Source: Macrostomum lignano
Taxonomy: Eukaryota
Assembly: GCA_002269645.1 (NCBI GenBank)
Contig: NIVC01000955.1
Span: 186,001 to 250,000, forward strand
DNA: 64,000 nucleotides
Reading direction: 5' to 3'
Shown here: positions 32,901 to 44,689 of the stretch, in pieces
How positions within the stretch are numbered: position 1 is the stretch's first letter
Layout of the letters: each line of letters begins with the position of its first letter
Translations under genes and position numbers: made by a program
Notes under the pieces: model-generated
What the model saw: only the letters and a program-made list of their open reading frames with translations
Told to the model about the DNA's origin: nothing
Database searches by the model: none

Positions 32901-34890
32901 GTCAAAAGAATCTCCCATAGACAGTTATAAGAATCGCCCATAGACAGTCATAAGAATCTCCCATAGACAGTCATAAGAATCGCCCATAGACAGTCATAAG
33001 AATCTCCCATAGACAGTCATAAGAATCGCCCATAGACAGTCATAAGAATCTCCCATAGACAGTCATAAGAATCTCCCATAGACAGTCATAAGAATCTCCC
33101 ATAGACAGTCATAAGAATCTCCCATAGACAGTCATAAGAATCGCCCATAGACAGTCATAAGAATCGCCCATAGACAGTCATAAGAATCGCCCATAGACAG
33201 TCATAAGAATCTCCCATAGACAGTTATAAGAATCGCCCATAGACAGTTGTAAGAATCGCCTATGGACAGTCAAAAGAATCTCCCATAGACAATTATAAGA
33301 ATCGCCCATAGACACTCATAAGAATCGCCCATAGACAGTCATAAGAATCTCCCATAGACACTCATAAGAATCGCCCATAGACAGTCATAAGAATCTCCCA
33401 TAGACAGTTGTAAGAATCGCCTATAGACAGTCAAAAGAATCTCCCATAGACAGTCATAAGAATCTCCCATAGACAGTCATAAGAATCTCCCATAGACAGT
33501 CATAAGAATCTCCCATAGACAGTCATAAGAATCGCCCATAGACAGTTGTAAGAATCGCCTATGGACAGTCATAAGAATCTCCCATAGACAGTCATAAGAA
33601 TCTCCCATAGACAGTCATAAGAATCTCCCATAGACAGTTATAAGAATCGCCCATAGACAGTTGTAAGAATCGCCTATGGACAGTCAAAAGAATCTCCCAT
33701 AGACAATTATAAGAATCGCCCATAGACACTCATAAGAATCGCCCATAGACAGTCATAAGAATCTCCCATAGACACTCATAAGAATCGCCCATAGACAGTC
33801 ATAAAAATCGCCCATAGACAGTCAAAAGAATCTCCCATAGACAATTATAAGAATCGCCCATAGACAGTTGTAAGAATCGCCTATGGACAGTCAAAAGAAT
33901 CTCCCATAGACAATTATAAGAATCGCCCATAGACACTCATAAGAATCGCCCATAGACACTCATAAGAATCGCCCATAGACAGTCATAAGAATCTCCCATA
34001 GACAGTCAAAAGAATCTCCCATAGACAGTCAAAAGAATCTCCCATAGACAGTCATAAGAATCTCCCATAGACAGTCATAAGAATCGCCCATAGACAGTCA
34101 TAAGAATCGCCCATAGACAGTTGTAAGAATCGCCTATGGACAGTCATAAGAATCTCCCATAGACAGTCATAAGAATCTCCCATAGACAGTCATAAGAATC
34201 TCCCATAGACAGTTGTAAGAATCGCCTATGGACAGTCATAAGAATCTCCCATAGACAGTCATAAGAATCTCCCATAGACAGTCATAAGAATCTCCCATAG
34301 ACAGTCATAAGAATCTCCCATAGACAGTCATAAGAATCTCCCATAGACAGTCATAAGAATCTCCCATAGACAGTCAAAAGAATCTCCCATAGACAGTCAT
34401 AAGAATCGCCCATAGACAGTCATAAGAATCTCCCATAGACAGTCATAAGAATCTCCCATAGACAGTCATAAGAATCTCTCATAGACAGTCATAAGAATCT
34501 CCCATAGACAGTCATAAGAATCTCCCATAGACAGTCATAAGAATCTCCCATAGACAGTCAAAAGAATCGCCCATAGACAGTCAAAAGAATCTCCCATAGA
34601 CACTCATAAAAATCGCCCTAGACAATAAAAAATTTCCTTAGGCAACTTATCGCGCTTAGCAACCAAAAGACACGCGTCAATGGTTGTCCTTTATCAGTTA
34701 CCATGACAACATGCAATGCCAATTCTGTCAACTACTGTTTGTATTTGCAGAAGACGACGATGAGCTAACAATAGCAGAGGGCGAGACCATTACCCAGGTG
34801 GAGATGATCGACGAAGGCTGGTGGGTCGGCATCAACCAGGCCGGAGAGCGCGGCATGTTTCCGGCTAATTATGTTCAGCTTGTCGACTGA
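29916..34890 (+). CDS. DBNL: Drebrin-like protein/Abp1 (ADF-H domain, repeat linker, Pro/acidic region, SH3); exons 29916-30001, 30132-30187, 30453-30691, 31175-32627, 34751-34890; 657 aa
   Basis: All four introns are GT-AG with consistent phases (2,1,0,1); spliced length 1974 nt = 658 codons. ADF-H: [36 protein letters not shown]. C-terminal SH3: ALYEYIAEDDDELT...IDEGWWVG...GMFPANYV. Confidence 0.95.
30227..30393. repeat. 28-bp minisatellite in DBNL intron 2 (GTTGCTGGGCCAGCCTCCCAGATCCTCA), about 6 copies
   Basis: Period 28 (30242, 30270, 30298). Confidence 0.95.
30722..31147. repeat. 23-bp minisatellite in DBNL intron 3 (GGGTCAGCTGACTAGTCAGGAGA), about 18 copies
   Basis: Period 23; the unit contains overlapping palindromes GTCAGCTGAC and CTGACTAGTCAG. 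Confidence 0.97.
32650..34620. repeat. 23-bp minisatellite in DBNL intron 4 (AAGAATCTCCCATAGACAGTCAT), about 85 copies
   Basis: Direct inspection, with recurring variant units. Confidence 0.98.
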
Positions 34891-35486
34891 GAAATTTTCA
34901 CCATCTACCAATAACTATGACAATTTTTTCTACGTTGCACTACTTCTAGTAGGAGAAAAGTGCTTTTATTTATTTTTTGATAAAACGCTAAATTTTCTAC
35001 TAGTAGTAGTAGAAATGACAAAGAACCTGTCCTAGTAGCTTAACTAAAGCTATATGGCCCACAATAGGACCGACCTTATCACGTTTGTTATCTATTCGAG
35101 ATTAAATCCGATTTTGTGGTGCTGTGAATAAGAGATGACACATTATTGACCTTTTAAATAATTAATTAAATTCAAACCAATACTAATATTTGTTTTTTTA
35201 TTCTGGTTCTTTTCTATGAATCCAGTAGGTTTGCGGTTGATAAATTCTGTATCCTATTCATTTGCTATCTTCCATGCCTCTTTAACATTGTCGCATCTAA
35301 GTTTCAGTTGTACTATTTTATTCATTATAAAATATGGCTCTATTGATTGCTGTATACAAGACTTTTTAAACCTGGCGTTCATTCCTAATCTTTTAAATCC
35401 CTTTAAAACCCGTTTTCCAAACTTCTTGCCTTCGCTCTTTCTCTGCTAATCGGTTTCGTTCTTTGTTTGTTTAACAGATCGAATCG

Positions 35487-38400
35487 TTATTTATGATCAA
35501 TGAAAGATAGACTGAGGTGATATCTAAGGTAACACTAAGGCGAATTAGAAAAGAAAATGGCTGGAGTAATTCTACATTGACTGAAGTGGATCTACAGTGG
35601 CTGAAATGGTTCTAGAGTGACTGAAATGGTTCTAGAGTGACTTAAATGGTTCTAGAGTGACTGAAATGGTTCTAGAGTGACTTAAATGGTTCTAGAGTGA
35701 CTAAAATGGTTCTAGAGTGACTGAAATGGTTCTAGAGTGACTGAAATGGTTCTAGAGTGACCGAAATAGTGCTAGAGTGACTGAAATGGTTCTAGAGTGA
35801 CTGAAATGGTTCTAGAGTGACTGAAATGGTTCTAGAGTGACTGAAATGGTTCTAGAGTGACTGAAATGGTTCTAGAGTGACCGAAATAGTGCTAGAGTGA
35901 CTGAAATGGTTCTAGAGTGATTGAAATGGTTCTAGAGTGACCGAAATAGTGCTAGAGTGACTGAAATGGTTCTAGAGTGACTTAAATGGTTCTAGAGTGA
36001 CTAAAATGGTTCTAGAGTGACTGAAATGGTTCTAGAGTGACTTAAATGGTTCTAGAGTGACTAAAATGGTTCTAGAGTGACTGAAATGGTTCTAGAGTGA
36101 CTGAAATGGTTCTAGAGTGACTGAAATGGTTCTAGAGTGACTGAAATGGTTCTAGAGTGACTGAAATGGTTCTAGAGTGACTGAAATGGTTCTAGAGTGA
36201 CCGAAATAGTGCTAGAGTGACTGAAATGGTTCTAGAGTGATTGAAATGGTTCTAGAGTGACCGAAATGGTTCTAGAGTGACTGAAATAGTGCTAGAGTGA
36301 CTGAAATGGTTCTAGAGTGAACGAAATAGTGCTAGAGTGACTGAAATGGTTCTAGAGTGATTGAAATGGTTCTAGAGTGACCGAAATGGTTCTAGAGTGA
36401 CTGAAATAGTGCTAGAGTGACTGAAATGGTTCTAGAGTGACCGAAATAGTGCTAGAGTGACTGAAATGGTTCTAGAGTGATTGAAATGGTTCTAGTGTGA
36501 CTGAAATGGTTCTAGAGTGACTGAAATGGTTCTAGAGTGACTGAAATGGTTCTAGAGTGACTGAAATAGTGCTAGAGTGACTGAAATGGTTCTAGAGTGA
36601 CTGAAATGGTTCTAGAGTGACCGAAATGGTTCTAGAGTGACTGAAATGGTTCTAGAGTGATTGAAATGGTTCTAGAGTGACTGAAATGGTTCTAGAGTGA
36701 CTGAAATGGTTCTAGAGTGACTGAAATGGTTCTAGAGTGATTGAAATGGTTCTAGAGTGACTGAAATGGTTCTAGAGTGACTGAAATGGTTCTAGAGTGA
36801 CCGAAATAGTGCTAGAGTGACTGAAATGGTTCTAGAGTGACTGAAATGGTTCTAGAGTGACCGAAATAGTGCTAGAGTGACTGAAATGGTTCTAGAGTGA
36901 TTGAAATGGTTCTAGAGTGACCGAAATGGTTCTAGAGTGACCGAAATAGTGCTAGAGTGACTGAAATGGTTCTAGAGTGACTGAAATGGTTCTAGAGTGA
37001 CTGAAATGGTTCTAGAGTGACTGAAATGGTTCTAGAGTGACTGAAATGGTTCTAGAGTGACTGAAATGGTTCTAGAGTGACTGAAATGGTTCTAGAGTGA
37101 CCGAAATAGTGCTAGAGTGACTGAAATGGTTCTAGAGTGATTGAAATGGTTCTAGAGTGACCGAAATGGTTCTAGAGTGACTGAAATAGTGCTAGAGTGA
37201 CTGAAATGGTTCTAGAGTGACCGAAATAGTGCTAGAGTGACTGAAATGGTTCTAGAGTGACTAAAATGGTTCTAGAGTGACTGAAATGGTTCTAGAGTGA
37301 CTGAAATGGTTCTAGAGTGACTGAAATGGTTCTAGAGTGACTGAAATGGTTCTAGAGTGACTGAAATGGTTCTAGAGTGACTGAAATGGTTCTAGAGTGA
37401 ACGAAATAGTGCTAGAGTGACTGAAATGGTTCTAGAGTGACTGAAATGGTTCTAGAGTGACTGAAATGGTTCTAGAGTGAACGAAATAGTGCTAGAGTGA
37501 CTGAAATGGTTCTAGAGTGATTGAAATGGTTCTAGAGTGACCGAAATGGTTCTAGAGTGATTGAAATGGTTCTAGAGTGACCGAAATGGTTCTAGAGTGA
37601 CCGAAATAGTGCTAGAGTGACTGAAATGGTTCTAGAGTGACTGAAATGGTTCTAGAGTGATTGAAATGGTTCTAGAGTGACCGAAATAGTGCTAGAGTGA
37701 CTGAAATGGTTCTAGAGTGACTGAAATGGTTCTAGAGTGACCGAAATAGTGCTAGAGTGACTGAAATGGTTCTAGAGTGATTGAAATGGTTCTAGAGTGA
37801 CTGAAATGGTTCTAGAGTGATTGAAATGGTTCTAGAGTGACTGAAATGGTTCTAGAGTGACCGAAATGGTTCTAGAGTGACTGAAATGGTTCTAGAGTGA
37901 CTGAAATGGTTCTAGAGTGACCGAAATGGTTCTAGAGTGACTGAAATGGTTCTAGAGTGATTGAAATGGTTCTAGAGTGACTGAAATGGTTCTAGAGTGA
38001 CTGAAATGGTTCTAGAGTGACTGAAATGGTTCTAGAGTGACTGAAATGGTTCTAGAGTGACTGAAACAGTGCTAACGTGACTAAACATGATTCAGAAGTG
38101 GCGGATAATTGACCATATGCGATTTTTTACAACTGTAGCATAACAACTAACATTTCGAACACATTTTGCCTTGATATCATTATGAATTATTCATCATATT
38201 AAGCGACGAATCCGCACCAAACGCAGAGTCGCTGGTCACGTGACAATAAAAATAAAAGTTTTGTCTAGTAAAAGTAAAAGTAGTAAGTAACTAATGTTAT
38301 TATTTATTTCGAATCCGGTAAAAAAAGTTTTGAGATACGCACGCAATACTCCTGACTATTTGAGGTTAAGTGTTTTATTATTTGATAGTAATAAATCTAT

Positions 38401-39367
38401 CTGTTTTTCTATTTTTTTACCCGCGCAACATTGAGCCCTGGAAGAAAAGTACAATGTTATTAGTGCACATGTATAAATTTCACAATAACGCCATGTATTC
38501 TCATTTTGATTTTGTTTTTTATATATATTCCTGAACGGAAGTAATTGTGAACTGTCTGAATTTCCAATAATAATTATATTGCTCATTTAATTATTATTAA
38601 TTTCTACTTTGAGAATTTTTGGACTTTTGATTGATTGATTTTTTCTCCGAGTTATTAACCATTAGTATGGCCAAATGCTATTGGCTCTGATATAAGTAGC
38701 GTAGGTAAGATAAGTAAAGCGATTTTTTTTATTCTTACATTCCTACAAGTTACCTAGATAGTTGTAAAGGAATGGGGCTGATTCACGGGTGACTTTGCTG
38801 GCGATTCACTACTAAATCGGGATTCACAAGTGTCTGCAGTAATTCACAAGTAACTACAATGATTCACAAGTGACTGCAGTGATTCACTAGCGACTGCAGT
38901 GATTCACAAGTGACTGTAGTGATTCACTAGCGACTGCAGTGATTCACAAGTGACTGCAGTGATTCACTAGTGTCTGCAGTGATTCACTAATGACTACAGT
39001 GATTCACTAGCGATTGCAGTGATTCACAAGTGTCTGCAGTGATTCACAAGTGACTGTAATGATTCACAAGTGACTGTAGTGATTCACTAGCGACTGCAGT
39101 GATTCACAAGTGTCTGCAGTGATTCACAAATGACTGTAGTGATTCACTAGTGACTGTAGTGATTCACAAATGACTACAGTGATTCACTAGCGACTGCAGT
39201 GATTCACAAGTGTCTGCAATGATTCACTAGTGACTGCAGTGATTCACAAGTGTCTGCAGTGATTCACAAATGACTGTAGTGATTCACAAGTGACTGCAGT
39301 GACTCACCCCTGAAATGAAGAGTCTGGGTCCGCTTAGCTACGTAGAGGAACAGTGTTGCACGGAGCC
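35487..39367 (-). CDS. Candidate 3' part of an unidentified minus-strand gene built from small exons: 39308-39367, (38754-38777), 38421-38437, 35487-35534
   Basis: Canonical splice sites (TTTAG|...GG|GTGAGT; TTTTCTTCCAG|...CGG|GTAAAA; TTTTCTTTTCTAATTCGCCTTAG|) join in compatible phases to give GLRATLFLYVAKRTQTLHFR(APFLYNYL)GLNVARCYLRYHLSLSFIDHK*. No homologue recognised. Confidence 0.3.
35590..38075. repeat. 20-bp minisatellite (CTGAAATGGTTCTAGAGTGA), about 124 copies, with interspersed CCGAAATAGTGCTAGAGTGA variant
   Basis: Exact 20-bp register across the sequence lines. Confidence 0.99.
38780..39307. repeat. 20-bp minisatellite (GATTCACAAGTGACTGCAGT), about 26 copies
   Basis: Exact 20-bp register; ends at a minus-strand GTGAGT donor. 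Confidence 0.97.
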
Positions 39368-39644
39368 CTAAATATATTTAATAGTGAATTTCCTATCTAT
39401 AAACTTTCGGTTCCTTTATTTGGTTTGATTGATCTGCTTGCGTAGATCTGTGCGAGTTTTAAATGAATTCGATGCACAGATAAGTTTTAGACAGGCTTAT
39501 ATAGGATCTAGGATTGTTGGAAATCCAATTTCGATTTTCTCGCAGATATCAGAATGACCTCAGTAGGGATTTTTTATTCTCTGTGTTTCAATGGCTCAGT
39601 TGATGGACAAGTTTTCGTTAGATTCTGGAATTTTATTAGATTTA

Positions 39645-39992
39645 CATCGCTACATATCGGTAGCCATTGCAATCTAATATAACTCAGTGCTCGTCGACAA
39701 TTTAATGGATTAGTTTATGAGAAGTCTCCTTCGCTACATATCGGTAGCCATTGCAATCTAATATAATTTAATAATTTAATGGATTAGTTTAAGAGAAGTC
39801 TCCTTCGCTACATATCGGTAGCCATTGCAATCTAATATAACTTTATGTTCGTCGACAATTTGATGGATTAGTTTGAGAGAGAAGTCTCCTTCGCTACATA
39901 TCGGTAGTCAATACAGTCTGATGTAAATTGATGATCGCCGACAATTTGATGGATTAGTTTGAGAGAAGTCTCCTTCGCTACATATCGGTAGT
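39645..39992. repeat. ~84-bp tandem repeat, 5 units, with an invariant 29-bp core
   Basis: CGCTACATATCGGTAG at 39648, 39732, 39806, 39892, 39976 (periods 84, 74, 86, 84). Confidence 0.93.
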
Positions 39993-40904
39993 CGACCGAT
40001 TGTTAACAGTAGTGACATGAGAGTAGGGTTTATTAATACCAGTGTGCCTCCCCCCTATGGTTTGCATATGCATACGGAGCACGAAGAGTTGTATGCCAGA
40101 GTTAACACAACGGCGAGCCTGGCTCACAAATCACATTAAAGAAGAAAAATCAATAAAAGCCATGCGAGTTTATGGTTGAGTAGACTCCCCCCCCCAAATT
40201 TGCTATATTATTCTTTCCCTTCTTTCTCTAGCTAGGGGGGAAAGCCGCCAGAAGCAGAAACAGCTGCATTCTGCTTCTGCACTGTACTTGGCGTTGCGAC
40301 TTGTGAAAATAAATAAAGTCTGAGCGAGGAAAGAAGAGTCGCGCTTTTTTATTGCTTAAGATCCCTCCCGCGCCCATTAGGGATTATTTGGTTGTGTTGC
40401 AAAATTTGCTTGAAGTGGGGAATATCCTGTCCTGAGTATATATAATACGTATAGCAGTTGTGTTTTGACTAACTGCGGGTTGCATCGGTATTGCTATAAG
40501 AAGACAAAGAAGAGAAGCGGCGATTGTGGGTAAAGGGGTTATACAGCAGGGTGTGAGTCAGCTGCCGTCACCCTGCCTAAGCCCTTAGCCTTGGCCCTAT
40601 GCTGATACAAAAGCCCACAACTAATGTGCCGGAACTCCGCTATATTTAAAAGAGAGGAAGCTGTCATGCCGTTTAAAATATTCTCCGCTTCTTAAATAAC
40701 CATTGAAAGCCCGTCAGCTCCTGAAAGCAGCAACTGCCCTCCCCCCCCCCCACTCTTGCCGCTCTTTGTTCCCGCGGTCGTCTCCACTGACCGAGGAAAA
40801 CCAGAATGTTTTCAGTGATAAAAAAGTATTTCCATTCCACTGAAAATACTTCAGTTTTTTAATATCTCAGCTTTATTCTGTAGTAATTTTACAATTAAAG
40901 CTAA

Positions 40905-41380
40905 ATTGGCGCTAAAATCTTTGACTGTGGCGCTAAATTGGCGCTAAAATATTTGACTGTGGCGCTAAATTGGCGCTAAAATATTTGACTGTGGCGCTAA
41001 ATTGGCGCTAAAATATTTGACTGTGGCGCTAAATTGGCGCTAAAATATTTGACTGTGGCGCTAAATTGGCGCTAAAATATTTGACTGTGGCGCTAAATTG
41101 GCGCTAAAATCTTTGACTGTGGCGCTGAATCGGCGCTAAAATCTTTGACTGTGGCGCTAAATTGGCGCTAAAATATTTGACTGTGGCGCTAAATTGGCGC
41201 TAAAATATTTGACTGTGGCGCTAAATTGGCGCTAAAATATTTGACTGTGGCGCTAAATTGGCGCTAAAATCTTTGACTGTGGCGCTGAATCGGCGCTAAA
41301 ATATTTGACTGATCGGCTGAATTGGCGCTAAAATCTTTGACTGTGGCGCTAAATAGGCGCTAAAATCTTTGACTGATCTG
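40905..41380. repeat. 32-bp minisatellite (TGGCGCTAAATTGGCGCTAAAATATTTGACTG), about 14 copies
   Basis: Direct inspection; the unit has an internal duplicated TGGCGCTAAA. Confidence 0.97.
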
Positions 41381-42904
41381 CAGAATTATGCTACAATATG
41401 AACATTGACTGTGGGGGAAGGAATGCACAATCTTTGTTTTGATCCTTTTCATATTGTATTGGGATTATACACTCATGCCTTTGTTCATAAAGCTGCAGTT
41501 CCTCTCAAATCATCTCTTATCGTTGAGACTGAAAATTGGTCCTATGAGAGGAACGGGAGCTGTTCTTTGTTTGCTGGTAAACTTATTGAATGCCCTGGAA
41601 GGCTGTAACCGCACAACAATGACCCAGTCGATGCTGCTGTCGCCTCTGCACAAAGCGACTTGTTTCTCTTTATTCCTGCCTCCAGTCAGTAATAAATCAT
41701 GCCCGATCAGCCGGCTGCAGCAGTGTCAATTCCCAAAAGCGTTGCTGCCCCGCGCGTCAAGGAAGTTCAGTTCCCATAGTAATAGAATATGCCGCCGCCA
41801 CTGTCTGTCAGCTAAATGATTAATTATTCAATACACATTGGGAAGTGGATAACTTTTGGAGACGAGATACTGGATTTAGCCAGGTTTAGGGAATGTTAGA
41901 AGTGATAGAGGAAGTGCATGGGAGGCCGTTAAAGTTGAGATCTGGGGAGAGGATAAATTATGAAAGGAAGAGGGCTACGAGCCAGATGGAAGTCTGTATA
42001 GTGGATCGCAGACACCTCGGAAGGCCCAAAGCAACAGTTAGAAAAGGAAGGGCACGCGCGTCTGTGGAGAAGACAAAGACAGGTGGAAACAGGAAAGAGA
42101 CAGGTAGAAAGACATGACAGAGATAGGCAGAAAGACAGGGGAGAGACAAGTAGGAAGACAGGGCAGAGACAGACAGAAAGACAGGGCAGAGACAGGCAGG
42201 CAGACATGGCAGAGACAGGTAGGAAGACATGGAAGAGACAGGCAGGAAGACAGTAAAACAGGTTGCGAATGGCGGAGACGGGAATGCACAACAGCTAGAA
42301 TTTTACTCAGAGGCCTCAGCAAGCCAGCTCAGCCATTTTTCCAGGCAAGCATTGAGAGCTTGAGTTGCTCTGGAAGCAACAGTGGAATGACTGGCGGCAT
42401 GCCACAAACGGAGCCGCTTTTTCCCGGGGAAAGATAAAAAATTATTATTATTATTATTATGATAAATGGGTTCGGAGCACAATGCAATTCCAGGGGGGGG
42501 GGCAGATGGAGGGGCCGCCATGCCAAGCGCTTGAAAGTCATTTGGCCTGCGGCGGCGCTCCGGTGTAAAATGGCTTCGCTTTTGCCATTATGGCAGATTC
42601 CATTTCCTTCTGTTGCTGCTTTTGTTGTTGCAGTTTCTTGCTAGGCAAAATGCCTTTTATTGTCCTGCTTCGACTCTCTTCTCTTTTTTACCTAAGCCCG
42701 GCAGCTGAAGCGTGATTTACTGCTGCTGGCCACCTGGCTGCGCCCGTGTCTTCTGCTTTAAGTGTTTCTCTCATTTGTGCCGGCCTCTTGGCTGCCCATT
42801 TCTTGTGGAGCGTCGACAGAACCGCAGAAATAAATGCATTCGGTTTAAAAGCATACAGGCTCTCATAATTATGCGTCTGCGGTGACTTGTGCATCTTACC
42901 TGTC

Positions 42905-43965
<1,061 letters not shown>

Positions 43966-44689
43966 GTTACGGTTTGGCTCCCAAACTAATCAACTTAGCA
44001 TTGCTTTTTATAGTCGCTAGCATACCGATCGCCCTCCCTACTCTATCGGATTTCCAGTTAAAAAAGTGAGCGCCAGGCGGACACGGTTGAGCAACCAGTC
44101 TGCAGTCAGGCTATCCTATCTCCGTACTTTGCCCCAGTCAACCGTTCTCGCATCGGTGGATCAATAATATTCACTTTTTTATTATAATTCTGCAAGCCAC
44201 AAAATCGGCGCCAGAGGAGCGGAGGGCTGAGAGGGGGTGGCAGAGGGTTGGGGCGGTTCAGCAAAAAAGAAGGAAATTAAATTTCGCCAAGGCCTTAAAG
44301 CTGATTGCAGATCAAGCCGCTTCACTTCGAAGCAAGCTGGCTCGGGAGGCCTCTTGCCCGCCTCTCTCTCGCTCTTCTCTCTTGCAGTGGCGGATTTCGC
44401 GTTGAGATGGAAGACAGATAGACCAGATAGAAGTAGATGGAGAGAGGGAAAGTGAATGGGGAGCCGGGGCGATGAGGCGCGCGGTGTGTCTGTTGGCTGT
44501 AAGAGAGAAAGATACGGGGAAGCTGGATAGAAGCGATGACGAAGAGCTCGGATGGGTGAGTTATGAGCGTTCAGTTTGCCAATTTGATTTTGCACCCGAC
44601 TCGATGCTCACTCGCCGCTAATCTTAATTCGGATTGAGGCTGGAATGTTTTCTTTCTTGAAAGCTCTTCTAGGAGAGAAGAGTTTGCTG

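Noticed and set aside
39645-39992. CRISPR-like look (29-bp repeat with ~45-57-bp spacers)
   Set aside because: The spacers are homologous to each other, the context is eukaryotic, and no cas genes are present.
40249-40281. 11-bp perfect hairpin CAGAAGCAGAA/TTCTGCTTCTG as a Helitron 3' end
   Set aside because: The nearby CTAG is not followed by T and no 5' TC end was identified; too short for a pre-miRNA.
44540-44595. LNAHNSPIRAL (minus) resembles a WD40/WIPI motif
   Set aside because: No continuation of the repeat and no good splice sites around it.
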